Of a DNA stretch of 64,000 nt, positions 1 through 9,306 are shown one piece after another. The stretch spans positions 49,232 to 113,231 of the forward strand of contig CAZQWH010000002.1 of the NCBI GenBank assembly GCA_964597145.1. The letters run 5' to 3'. The stretch's first letter is position 1. Every line of letters starts with the position of its first letter. The notes under the pieces are model-generated. The model saw only the letters and a list, made by a program, of their open reading frames with translations, was not told the DNA's origin and did not search any database. The position numbers were made by a program, and so were the translations under genes. The stretch is from an uncultured Candidatus Saccharibacteria bacterium (GTDB lineage Bacteria > Patescibacteriota > CAZHWT01).

Positions 1-16
1 CATACTATAATCAGTT

Positions 17-868
17 ATGGGTATTTTGATTGATTTACTACTATTGGGCTTTATAGGAATCGTAATTCCTACTGTAATTAGATTCGCCATCCTTAGAAAG
101 CCGATTGATGGATGGCCAAACTATCTTGTAGTGGCAATAAACGCCGTAATACTCTTTTTTACTCCAGTAATCGTATTTAGCGTATTCATTGCTCCCCTAG
201 AAATAGCCCCTTATAGTGAATACACCTTTGTAAAATTAAATTCATCTACAATTGTCCCAGTTTCAATTCTTGCTTACTTCATACTAAGGCGCCAGACTAA
301 ACAAAAGACCGTAAAGCCGGAAGAGCCTGTCAAAATCCCGTTTGAACAACACATTAAGAATGAAGTCGGAGTAGAAGAAGAGACCGCTAAGCCTATCAGT
401 AAAACCAATAAACATCGCAACGAATTAAAACCTAGTTTAAAGTTGGTCACAGTAATTGCGATAGTCGCGGTTGTCGGGGGGTTATCCTATTGGTTTATTC
501 AAAGGCCTCAAATTGTACGCTCTGCGTGTTATCAAGAATTCAGCCAAGACACCGAATCCCTTGAAGCAGCCATCGAGTATGATAAGTGTCTACGTTCAAA
601 GGGTCTACCAGGGGACAGTACTGCGATAAACGCACATCTCATTAAGCAAGTTGAAGGGCTTCAAGAGGAAATTAATAACTATTCTTGGAAGGTAGACTTC
701 TTGCTTGATGCCCAACGAGAAACTCTTATGCAGCAAAGCGATTATCAGTCAAGACTAGATGAGGTACAAAATAGCTTAAACTACATCGAGCGCGAAAACA
801 GACTAGAGCAGTCTATCAATTGCGGAGAGGGTAGATATGTAGGCGGGGGAATGTGTGTCTATTATTAA
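17..868 (+). CDS. Membrane protein with N-terminal TM helices and C-terminal coiled-coil; hypothetical
   Basis: 283-aa ORF; 3-4 hydrophobic helices at the N-terminus, a mid-protein TM segment, charged/heptad-rich C-terminus; no recognised catalytic motif. Confidence 0.4.
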   Translation: MGILIDLLLLGFIGIVIPTVIRFAILRKPIDGWPNYLVVAINAVILFFTPVIVFSVFIAPLEIAPYSEYTFVKLNSSTIVPVSILAYFILRRQTKQKTVKPEEPVKIPFEQHIKNEVGVEEETAKPISKTNKHRNELKPSLKLVTVIAIVAVVGGLSYWFIQRPQIVRSACYQEFSQDTESLEAAIEYDKCLRSKGLPGDSTAINAHLIKQVEGLQEEINNYSWKVDFLLDAQRETLMQQSDYQSRLDEVQNSLNYIERENRLEQSINCGEGRYVGGGMCVYY

Positions 869-869
869 G

Positions 870-1253
870 TCAGCTGGCAGCAATTCGTTGCTTTTTAATT
901 ATTTCAGCCTTCGCAATTTCTGCGTCTAATTCTACATCACTCAAATCGTCCAACGGGTCGTGCAGAGGAGTGGATTTGTGCATCCTATACATGCCTCTTA
1001 GCCTAAATGCCATATCCAAACCTTTTGCCCTAATGCTCATATTGTCTGAATCAACTAAGCCTCTTACTGATTTAATCAGTTCCTCCATTGGTAAAATCTC
1101 GGCACTCAATTCCTGCCACGCCTTACTTTGCAGTAGCTTTTGTGGATTGTGTGACATAGCATCAGAATACCCAGCTTCACGCATTGCAGCGCTCACATTT
1201 CCACCATTTTCAACCATTTTATTAAAAGCTAATAATTGTCGCTTGGTTGCCAT
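870..1253 (-). CDS. Phage terminase small subunit-like protein (Terminase_2/P27-type HTH)
   Basis: N-terminus 'MATKRQLLAFNKMVENGGNVSAAMREAGYSDAMSHNPQKLLQSKAW' fits the recalled TerS consensus (LTxKQxxF...N.T.A...AGYS...A...LL); no large terminase adjacent. Confidence 0.5.
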   Translation of the reverse strand: MATKRQLLAFNKMVENGGNVSAAMREAGYSDAMSHNPQKLLQSKAWQELSAEILPMEELIKSVRGLVDSDNMSIRAKGLDMAFRLRGMYRMHKSTPLHDPLDDLSDVELDAEIAKAEIIKKQRIAAS

Positions 1254-2425
1254 ATACTAATTATGCCATGAATTCCACTACCCCCTCTACATCAAAACAA
1301 TCAGTCGATAGTAGATATTCATTTAAGCTCGACAATCATGGTCGTTATTTTCTTGATGAGTACCCAACAGTGTTTATTGGTGGATTCACTGGAACAGGTA
1401 AATCAGTATTGCTGCGTTACATATACCACCAGCTTAGACTGCATTCTGTTGTGCAATTCGTCCATATCGATTTAAAGCAGGTAGAGAGGATAGATATCCC
1501 CAGCGATCGACAGTTTGCCACATCAACCTCCAACCTATTTGAGGCAGATAAGGTTATTGATGACTTACTCGACCTACCGACTAATCATAAGCCTGTTGTG
1601 CTTTTATGGGATGTATTTGAGGACTACTATTTCAGCCATGATAAAGCAGGCGATAAATTTAGACGCTTAATTGAGGCGGCAAATCATAAGCCAAACCTGT
1701 TTGTTATTGCAGCCACTTCTTCTTATAGAGGCAAGACAGTGGAGCCGTATAAGCTTCGATTATTAAGTTCGTGGGCACTTGAGAGTTATAGGCAGCTTAC
1801 AAGCAATCAAATGGGTGTTGAAAGGCTACAGCATCTTATATCACGAACTATTGAGACAAATAACAATCATCTATATTTACCATCAGCAGGTACTTTTATC
1901 GCATTTAATGCTGATGGAAACTTTATCGGCTTCCATAAAGTTCCAGAGTCTATTAGCGACCTAGCTACAGGTAACAAGTTTCTGAATGATAGCCAGTGGA
2001 ATGAGCTGGTTGATTCAAACACTGGCTCGGTAGGGGATAGGGTCAATGCTTGGCAATTCGCCTGGCCGTTAAAAGGGCTCTATACTGAGCTTTATTATGA
2101 TTTTGATATACCACTTCGAGATAAGCTGAAGTCTAGAGCGATTAAGGGTTCGGCAGATTGGATTGCAGTGCAAATTAATGACTTAAACAAGCTTAGAGGG
2201 AAGATGGATTCTATGAAGAGCAGGATGGATGAACAGTCGCATAAATTTATTTCCAAATTCTACAACCAATTAATTAGTTACAGCGATGAGATATTAAAAG
2301 CTTATGAGAAAGCGAGCACCCTCAGGAATGGTGCTGACACAATGGTGGATTTAGACACACTTAGCCATATGAATCATCTGGCGCTTGGGTATATTGGACA
2401 ACTTGAGGCAATGAGCGGGGAATAA
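1247..2425 (+). CDS. P-loop NTPase (Walker A/B), hypothetical
   Basis: Walker A 'GGFTGTGKS', Walker B-like 'VVLLWDVFED'. Real start probably the ATG at 1265, since the 1247 start overlaps the divergent TerS-like start. Confidence 0.5.
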   Translation: MPYTNYAMNSTTPSTSKQSVDSRYSFKLDNHGRYFLDEYPTVFIGGFTGTGKSVLLRYIYHQLRLHSVVQFVHIDLKQVERIDIPSDRQFATSTSNLFEADKVIDDLLDLPTNHKPVVLLWDVFEDYYFSHDKAGDKFRRLIEAANHKPNLFVIAATSSYRGKTVEPYKLRLLSSWALESYRQLTSNQMGVERLQHLISRTIETNNNHLYLPSAGTFIAFNADGNFIGFHKVPESISDLATGNKFLNDSQWNELVDSNTGSVGDRVNAWQFAWPLKGLYTELYYDFDIPLRDKLKSRAIKGSADWIAVQINDLNKLRGKMDSMKSRMDEQSHKFISKFYNQLISYSDEILKAYEKASTLRNGADTMVDLDTLSHMNHLALGYIGQLEAMSGE

Positions 2426-2427
2426 AA

Positions 2428-2826
2428 TTATAAAATACTAATCGTCTCAATCAAGCTCTGAGGACGAGATGTTAAATCTGTTTTAATCCATCTACCATAT
2501 GCGCTATTCTCCCTCAGTACTTTTTGTTCAGATTCCAGCGTGTAATCATCAAACCAAACAAAGGAAGTCTCGAAGTCGATCGCATCAGTCTTTAACACAT
2601 CCCAATTAGTCGGGTTAATGCGCTTAGTTAATTTAAGTACATCCTTATCTTTTATATACCTACCTAAGTACAATTCTAAATACTCTAGATTACCTCTACA
2701 ATGAGATGTAAGCCAGAAAACCTTATGATTGGCTAATATGTGTTCTAAAAATAACTTGAGGCCAGCTGCAGGCGCTCCTGTCTTTTTATCCAAAATGGTG
2801 CCGTCGATATCTATGTAAATATTCAT
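2428..2826 (-). CDS. HAD-superfamily phosphatase-like small protein
   Basis: N-terminal 'IYIDIDGTILD' (DxDGT motif I); 132 aa. Confidence 0.5.
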   Translation of the reverse strand: MNIYIDIDGTILDKKTGAPAAGLKLFLEHILANHKVFWLTSHCRGNLEYLELYLGRYIKDKDVLKLTKRINPTNWDVLKTDAIDFETSFVWFDDYTLESEQKVLRENSAYGRWIKTDLTSRPQSLIETISIL

Positions 2827-2849
2827 ATCTTGGTGCAGACTTATATATA

Positions 2850-3221
2850 CTAACAGCCACGCGTACTCCTTCTGCTGTGATTGTCAGGACTACACCGCCA
2901 CTCCTGTTTTTGTATCTCAAGCTGCTCTTCCTGGATTTCTAATTCTTTTTGTCGATCAGCTTGTGCAGCCGCTTCTTGCTGGGGTAATTGATATCCAAAG
3001 TAATAGCCAGCTACTCCAATAAAGCATAGTAGAATTAGGGCGAGTAAAACTTTAACATCCTTCGATTTGCCTTTACCTGATTTCTTATCACCCGGTCTTA
3101 TGTGTGGACCTTCTAAAAGCGCTTTTTTGTGTTCAGCTAGCTCTTCATCACTTAGTACACCTTTTTCTTTTAGCTTCGCAAGTCTTTCTAATTCGTTCAA
3201 TGTTCGTTCATTCATAAGCAC
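2850..3221 (-). CDS. SHOCT-domain membrane protein
   Basis: 'LERLAKLKEKGVLSDEELAEHKKALL' matches the recalled SHOCT consensus; single TM helix 'VLLALILLCFIGVAGYYF' follows. Confidence 0.55.
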   Translation of the reverse strand: MLMNERTLNELERLAKLKEKGVLSDEELAEHKKALLEGPHIRPGDKKSGKGKSKDVKVLLALILLCFIGVAGYYFGYQLPQQEAAAQADRQKELEIQEEQLEIQKQEWRCSPDNHSRRSTRGC

Positions 3222-3258
3222 ATATTAGTTAACACTTACCTTTATAGTCAATCAACTA

Positions 3259-4119
3259 TTAACCATGCTCCTCATGGTATTTGACCAGCTCTAAATTGAT
3301 TGAATGACTGTCATGTAAAGTTAATCGGCCTACTTTTTTGCCTTCTATCCGATTTTGAACATTAAAATTTTGGTCGATATAAATTGCGCCAGTATCAAAA
3401 AGCACGTGGTGGTTAGGGCATAGGCACAGTAGATTTGATTCAATATCAGGGCCGTTGTGTGGAGCGCCTAACGGCTTTATATGGGCAGCTTCTGCGTACG
3501 GACCTGCGCTAGTTAATAGCCTTGTATCGCATACCTGACAAGTGTAATCGTACAATTCTTTTATTCTAGATGCAGTATTCGTATTTCGAACAATACGCTG
3601 AATAGTTGCCGACTTACGCTCTGTTGCATAATTTGCGCCCTCATCCTCAACTTCTCTCACTAATACAGGCTCTTCGCGGAGTAATCGGAATCTCCAGATA
3701 TTAAAACCGTCACGCCCCTTTTCATGCCAATACGACTCAACTCTATATAAGCCGTCATAACGATAGCCTGTGGTGGGGCTATGGGGAGATTTATGCTCCG
3801 AACCTCTAATCACTCGAACAGGCAGGCCATTTATGCAATTGAGTGCAAGCGCTTTGTTTTGATTAGTTAATTCTTGGTCTGCAATTTGAACGCCTGTATT
3901 TATGTCTCTACCCCCATGACCTGTATAAATCACTTCATCAAAATAATCTTCGTCATCTACATACCCACCTGATATCACCAATGAATCAGCACCCTCAGTA
4001 CTCGAACCGGAAATACCCGCCTGCAAAGGTCGATGGATGCCAGCATCATGCAGTTCACGCCTATTTGCAAACACATCACCAGATTTAATATTTTCAATTT
4101 CACCAAAATGTCTTGCCAT
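3259..4119 (-). CDS. SRA(YDG)-HNH type IV modification-dependent restriction endonuclease
   Basis: SRA blocks align with the UHRF1 SRA domain: 'GIHRPLQAGISG', 'SLVISGGYVDDEDYFDEVIYTGHGGRD', 'QELTNQNKALALNC', 'YRYDGLYRVESYWHEKGRDGFNIWRFRLLRE'. C-terminal HNH: 'CQVCD...HIKP...NLLCLCPNHH'. Confidence 0.85.
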   Translation of the reverse strand: MARHFGEIENIKSGDVFANRRELHDAGIHRPLQAGISGSSTEGADSLVISGGYVDDEDYFDEVIYTGHGGRDINTGVQIADQELTNQNKALALNCINGLPVRVIRGSEHKSPHSPTTGYRYDGLYRVESYWHEKGRDGFNIWRFRLLREEPVLVREVEDEGANYATERKSATIQRIVRNTNTASRIKELYDYTCQVCDTRLLTSAGPYAEAAHIKPLGAPHNGPDIESNLLCLCPNHHVLFDTGAIYIDQNFNVQNRIEGKKVGRLTLHDSHSINLELVKYHEEHG

Positions 4120-4198
4120 GCAGAGTAATTTCTCCTTATTAGATGTAGAAAAATTTCTACCTGCTAATCATTATTTACAATATTAAGCTCCCAAATGA

Positions 4199-6574
4199 TT
4201 AATGCTCAAAATCAATTTTGCGCAATCGAAGCTCCTCTTCAACTCGCTGTCGCTCTGCGATTATAGCTTTATCTAGACTATCAAGTTCTAATCGTGCAAA
4301 CTCTCGTATGTTTTTGTTTTTACTATTACTAAAGTTGGCTTTAATATGGTCATACTTTGCCTGATGTGCATCAGCTACACCATACTCGCCTGAAACTACC
4401 CCTGTTGTAAATATTGATGCGCTAACTTTAGACCAAATCTTTTTATTTTTGGTACGAGCAATAATTGCAAATGCTGTTTCTAAATCTATTGATTCAAACG
4501 AGCTAGAGTAGAAGTTAGCAACTTTTAGAAGCCCGTCCTGATCGGCCTTTTTGACGAAGGAATTTAAATACTGTCTATGCACAGTCAATTGCTTAAGTAA
4601 TTGCGACATTTCAGAATTATACATTGTCCACTGAGTAGAAAATGATTTAATAACGTCAATAAAAACTTCACCAAATTCAGGGTCATTTTCACATATCTCG
4701 CGAGGCCCATCACCAATATGATATGGAACAGGGTCGTAATCTTCATTTTTGAGCCTAGTGGAATCTCTGAGCTTGATGCGCCTGGAGAAGAACTCTATTA
4801 ACCACCTACTCTTACCACTAGCAAGCTTTGTAATAATCCGCTCATGTTCATGTGAAAGGCGAGGAGTATTGATAAGCTTCTCTTCAAGAGTTTGTCTAAT
4901 TTCTTTACTCAATTTTTCTACATGTATTTCGTCTCGATGCTCAGCTATATCAATGGCATGGAAATATAAAGATGAGTGACTTTCATACATGTTAAGAAGG
5001 TCAATAAATAACTTGATTGCTTCATTATCATTGGGGTCTACGGTCAACCTTTTTCCCAGCACCTCTACCAACCCACTGATGTACGATGGCCAGGCCTCTT
5101 TGTCGATAAACTCAAAACGGCCAGACTTGTGTATCATCTCACTAACAACCAGCATTTCATCCTTTTCTACACTACCAAGTGATATTGCTTGAGGGATAGA
5201 AATAAGAGCTTCGCCAACCTTATGTTTAACTATAATTTCGAGAACGCCATTATATTCTTTTATTGCATCCGCTTTTTTAAACCCTATTAAAAATTTTCCT
5301 GCCATTTTTAAAAGCTCGGAACCATCCTGTGCTGCCTCAATAATTAGCTCCATGGCCAATCCAGGCTTTGCTTCCGCAAGCTCGATAAGTAGGGAATAAT
5401 ATGAGCTCAGCTTCCAACTCTCAATCTCTGTAGAGTGGCTAGCTATTTGCTTAATAATCTGCGCTCCATTATCTGACGTGTCTTGAATTTCCTCAATCAG
5501 ACTCGCACGTTCTAAACTCGATTCCTTCTGAATTTGCTCGTAGGGCTTCTTTGAAATATGACGCAACTTATCGCCTAATAACATTGAGTAAATCTGATAA
5601 TTTCTATCGCTACTTAAGCCCTTAGATATGCTATCCATCTTAAGCAAAATGTCTTCATCTTCGTGGTCTTTACCCATAAAATAAAGCTGCTCTTCAATCT
5701 CCAGTCCAAGTACTGGGTCACAAACAAAATCACCTTCACCCAATAAAGAGTCGCTATATATATCGAGAACTTTTTTAGTATTATTCTGGATTAACCCTAT
5801 TAATTCAGGAGATGCCTCGCCGCGACTAGGTATATGAGTTAATGTCTTCATTAAATCTATAATCCTGTTTTTTGTACTAAGGCTGGCATTATTAGATTTA
5901 AGTAACAAACCTAGCTTAGTTAATATCCACTCGCGAATCTCAACTAGCTCATCGTTAACAGGAAGTGGCGCAAATCCCCACACAAATGTATTCTCATCTT
6001 TCATCGAATGAGATTCACCCTCACTAGAAACGAGGTGACTTGTTAACTTTATAAAAAAATCTAAGTTACCATTATGGCTTAAGTCAAGCGTATCTAGATA
6101 TTTAATAATATCTAGTTGGGTTCTATATCCAATATGTGATAACGCCTCCAAATTATATTCGGCAGTTTCCCTAATTTTGTCCTCTAATTGCCTGCTTAGC
6201 GAATCGTCTTTCCTTTGAAAGAGTTTGTGGTAGATTGCAACTACTTTGGTGGTTTCATAATAGCGAATTTGATTAAGTAGCTGAATAGTTTTACTGTTTA
6301 AATCGCTATTACTTTTGCCGACAATTTTCCCAAACTTAGTGTTGCGAACAACAGGCGGCATAGGCTCGTTGTCCAGAAGCTCTCTTAGTAGCTCAACAGC
6401 TTCTCCAGGAACTTGAAGAACAAACTGTGACAATAAATTCAATTGCTCGAAAATTGTATCGTTGTTAGATGCTTCTTTAATAGTCTCTGCAATGGAATTA
6501 AATTTATCACCTAGCAAATTATTCGCTGAAGGCGATTGTAGGCTCATTAGTTTTCTATAAACGTCTCGCTTCAT
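4199..6574 (-). CDS. Large (791 aa) uncharacterised protein, predicted mostly alpha-helical; downstream partner of the Mrr-like nuclease gene
   Basis: Long uninterrupted ORF. Its start lies 3 nt after the stop of the upstream gene (translational coupling). No Walker or other catalytic motif recognised. Confidence 0.6.
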   Translation of the reverse strand: MKRDVYRKLMSLQSPSANNLLGDKFNSIAETIKEASNNDTIFEQLNLLSQFVLQVPGEAVELLRELLDNEPMPPVVRNTKFGKIVGKSNSDLNSKTIQLLNQIRYYETTKVVAIYHKLFQRKDDSLSRQLEDKIRETAEYNLEALSHIGYRTQLDIIKYLDTLDLSHNGNLDFFIKLTSHLVSSEGESHSMKDENTFVWGFAPLPVNDELVEIREWILTKLGLLLKSNNASLSTKNRIIDLMKTLTHIPSRGEASPELIGLIQNNTKKVLDIYSDSLLGEGDFVCDPVLGLEIEEQLYFMGKDHEDEDILLKMDSISKGLSSDRNYQIYSMLLGDKLRHISKKPYEQIQKESSLERASLIEEIQDTSDNGAQIIKQIASHSTEIESWKLSSYYSLLIELAEAKPGLAMELIIEAAQDGSELLKMAGKFLIGFKKADAIKEYNGVLEIIVKHKVGEALISIPQAISLGSVEKDEMLVVSEMIHKSGRFEFIDKEAWPSYISGLVEVLGKRLTVDPNDNEAIKLFIDLLNMYESHSSLYFHAIDIAEHRDEIHVEKLSKEIRQTLEEKLINTPRLSHEHERIITKLASGKSRWLIEFFSRRIKLRDSTRLKNEDYDPVPYHIGDGPREICENDPEFGEVFIDVIKSFSTQWTMYNSEMSQLLKQLTVHRQYLNSFVKKADQDGLLKVANFYSSSFESIDLETAFAIIARTKNKKIWSKVSASIFTTGVVSGEYGVADAHQAKYDHIKANFSNSKNKNIREFARLELDSLDKAIIAERQRVEEELRLRKIDFEH

Positions 6575-6577
6575 AAA

Positions 6578-7465
6578 CTAGCCTCCTTGAATTTGGCTAA
6601 TGACTTCTTCTAAATCTCGACCCATCGTCTCGATCATGTCAGTCGCTACTTCTTGAGCAATTTTAGGATTATTTGCAGTGATAATGTTGCCAGTAATATC
6701 TATACTGGCATTTGTCATCAACATACCATGAACCTTCAATTCGGCGTCCTCATCAATTTGGAATAAATCTCGAAGAACAGCTCTTACTTTATCGTGGTCA
6801 TCTAAATATAAGGGTTCAAATAAGTATACAAATGCATGATACCTACTTGCCAACTTGGGCCAGTCAATATATTGGGTCTTAAACTTCCGACTAATTCTTT
6901 GGAACTCGGGGGCCTGCCGAAATAATTCCCTCTCCTTGGCAGCTTGAGCAGCTTTTTGTTTTTCGAGTTGCACTCGCAGCTTGTCAATTTCTCGGGCATC
7001 GTAAACTTTCAGCAGCGGCTTAGAGATTTCAGGGTATGCGTCCACTAGGTGGGCTAGCTTTTCGAAATCCCAGTATTCAATTCTAGCCTTAGGATAATTG
7101 GCAATAATAGCGTTAACAGCCTCATGGTCCTTTTTAGTCCTACGCACGTTGGTTATATAAACGTATGAGCCTACGCCGTCTTTACCACACTTGGATTCAA
7201 GCCAGTCTTCAAACTCTTTGATAACCTCTCGTCGTTGTCTTGCCCCATCCCCTCCAGCTATCTCCCTGAATTTAAGCTGGTGATATTGAACACCAGCTTG
7301 AGAGCCTGGATAGCTAGAGTCAATACCCCCATCCTTTCCTTTTCTTGGTCCAGGAGTATACCCATCTCCGCCAAACTCTTTTCGTAAGAATTGGTGGCAC
7401 ATCCGGTCAAAATTATCTTGACCGAGCGAGTCGAACATGTAGTTATGGGGCGTAAATTCAAGCAT
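6578..7465 (-). CDS. Restriction-endonuclease-fold protein (Mrr_cat-like PD-(D/E)xK N-terminal domain) with a C-terminal domain of unknown function
   Basis: 'FDRMCHQFLRKEFGGDGYTPGPRKGKDGGIDSSYPGSQAGVQYHQLKF' resembles the Mrr catalytic core (FE..V..LL...G...DGGIDG...VQCK). Confidence 0.45.
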   Translation of the reverse strand: MLEFTPHNYMFDSLGQDNFDRMCHQFLRKEFGGDGYTPGPRKGKDGGIDSSYPGSQAGVQYHQLKFREIAGGDGARQRREVIKEFEDWLESKCGKDGVGSYVYITNVRRTKKDHEAVNAIIANYPKARIEYWDFEKLAHLVDAYPEISKPLLKVYDAREIDKLRVQLEKQKAAQAAKERELFRQAPEFQRISRKFKTQYIDWPKLASRYHAFVYLFEPLYLDDHDKVRAVLRDLFQIDEDAELKVHGMLMTNASIDITGNIITANNPKIAQEVATDMIETMGRDLEEVISQIQGG

Positions 7466-7564
7466 AGATGCAAATTATAGGTATAATTATATACTTACAC
7501 AGTGATACAGTTAAGGAGTATAGCATGCGGATAGCAATTTAATTTAAAATTATAAGTCTTTGTC

Positions 7565-8755
7565 TTGACTTCCGACACTATACTAGTTGTTATGAATTCT
7601 TTTGTGATATTGCCTTACGTGCTTGTAGCTGGACCATTCACCTTTAACGGCTGCACCTTCTTGCCTTTCGATAAGTTAAAAGAGGAGGTTGCCGACCAGG
7701 AAATTCGAAATTTGGCTGAGCAATTACGTAAAACTTATATTAAGTTCGATAATCGTACAGATGAGAATCTAACTTTTATTTACCCAGCTGAATCACACTT
7801 GGGCGATGAAATCGAATCAGAAAGGCTATCTCAGGTCATACAGACCATACAAGTGGCATTTCTGGGGTATTTCATTAACAATCACCAATGGCACTGGATT
7901 ACATCAGATAATTTTGAGCCAATCATGGTGAGATATGACGGTGAGCACATCTCCCTGCAAGGCGGCTCAATTCACCAAGTCTTATCAGGAGGGCATACAC
8001 TTGAAGGCGCTAAAACAATTCGGCCCAACTGGATTAATAATGTAGGCAAACTAGGACCAATTGGAATGAAAAAATATGCGGGTCCACTATTAGAGGCGGC
8101 GCTTCAGAATAATACCAGCAACGCAATCACCTCAATGCTGTTCTTTTTCGAAGCTTATAAAAACAATGACTCAATCCCTTTGGTAAATCGTCTTACAAAC
8201 CTCTACTTGGCATTTAACACACTTTTTAAAGTTCCAACTGGTAGTGGAAGCGAGCGAAAGGTTATCAAAGAACAACTCGTAAAGCACTCCGAACCAAGTT
8301 TGCCAACTTACAGTTATCCCATCATCAATACCAATAATGGCAGAGAAATAGCACGGGAAGAATTAACGGTTGTTCAAATCTGGTGGGAAGAATTCTATAA
8401 GCTTCGATGCCGCATTTTTCACGGTGACGCATTGCAGGAGGGTGACTTTTTATTTACTGATATTTCCGGCCAAAATATTTTCCCACGCCCGACTCTACAC
8501 TTACATTTTGCGAGCAATATTTATGCTGGTGTGCTATTTAATGTCCTTCGTAATTCAGCCGGTAATGCGGATTGTCCTTTACGGTACGAGCTTGGCCCTA
8601 CAACAGGCAGAGGAGATACCTTGAATCCGTCTGGACTAGGATTTGCTGACCGAAATTACATGCCACCATTTAAAGTCTTTGACCGCACTTTTGAAGAGGA
8701 ATTACGGATAACAATGGAGAAGCATGCCGTAAACAATGCTGATTCAGATAGCTAA
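7565..8755 (+). CDS. Hypothetical 396-aa protein with a HEPN-like Rx4H motif (possible Abi-type RNase)
   Basis: 'LRCRIFHGD' gives R-x4-H; no other recognisable domain; sits in the defence island. Confidence 0.3.
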   Translation: MTSDTILVVMNSFVILPYVLVAGPFTFNGCTFLPFDKLKEEVADQEIRNLAEQLRKTYIKFDNRTDENLTFIYPAESHLGDEIESERLSQVIQTIQVAFLGYFINNHQWHWITSDNFEPIMVRYDGEHISLQGGSIHQVLSGGHTLEGAKTIRPNWINNVGKLGPIGMKKYAGPLLEAALQNNTSNAITSMLFFFEAYKNNDSIPLVNRLTNLYLAFNTLFKVPTGSGSERKVIKEQLVKHSEPSLPTYSYPIINTNNGREIAREELTVVQIWWEEFYKLRCRIFHGDALQEGDFLFTDISGQNIFPRPTLHLHFASNIYAGVLFNVLRNSAGNADCPLRYELGPTTGRGDTLNPSGLGFADRNYMPPFKVFDRTFEEELRITMEKHAVNNADSDS

Positions 8756-9306
8756 TAACAACGCCAAAGCGAATGCTAGAACCAACGCTTAGTTCCTATA
8801 AGTAGTGGTAGTTAGTTTACTGAAGCCACGATACGCTTTGAATTCATATCTTTTATTAGTTTATCCCAAGTAGTTAATACCTGAAGCAATTCGTTCCACT
8901 CTAATTTTATCCGGCTCACCAAAAATCCCTCATGACCGAAAGGTTGTGGGGGATTTTTGTTGGGCTGTGTTGAGCCAACCCGCGCAATTCGCTGGGTTCG
9001 ATATCGAGGAGAGCAACTATCGCTGCCGCCAGGCATGCTATAGTTGAGAACTCTATATATTGCCATACTCCCTCCCGGCTCACCAAAAGGGACATTACGA
9101 AGGTAATGTCTTTTTTGTTTTTTGTAATAACTAAAATTTTAGGAGTTGTGTTCGATATTTTGGGACCCGGATGCACAAATCGAACACTTTGACATCATGT
9201 CTGTAGATAGCATAGTAGAGTGATCTTGATGCATAGTTTCTATGCAAGTGGTTGAATGAATTGTTAACTGAGACTGTTTTGTTAGTAGCTGAGTTATAAT
9301 TACCGC

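Noticed and set aside
853-1260. Plus-strand 135-aa ORF overlapping the TerS-like gene
   Set aside because: Entirely antisense to the better-supported minus-strand ORF, which has a recognisable HTH/TerS N-terminus; no RBS.
9065-9086. Possible tRNA genes at the CCGGCTCACCA repeats
   Set aside because: Only the 3' acceptor/T-arm-like part is present. No D-arm, anticodon arm or T-loop could be folded, so these are interpreted as tRNA-fragment att-like repeats, not tRNAs.
8812-9176. Two overlapping minus-strand ORFs (84 and 86 aa)
   Set aside because: They sit in a repeat-dense intergenic stretch that contains the att-like CCGGCTCACCA motifs; no RBS; low-complexity products.
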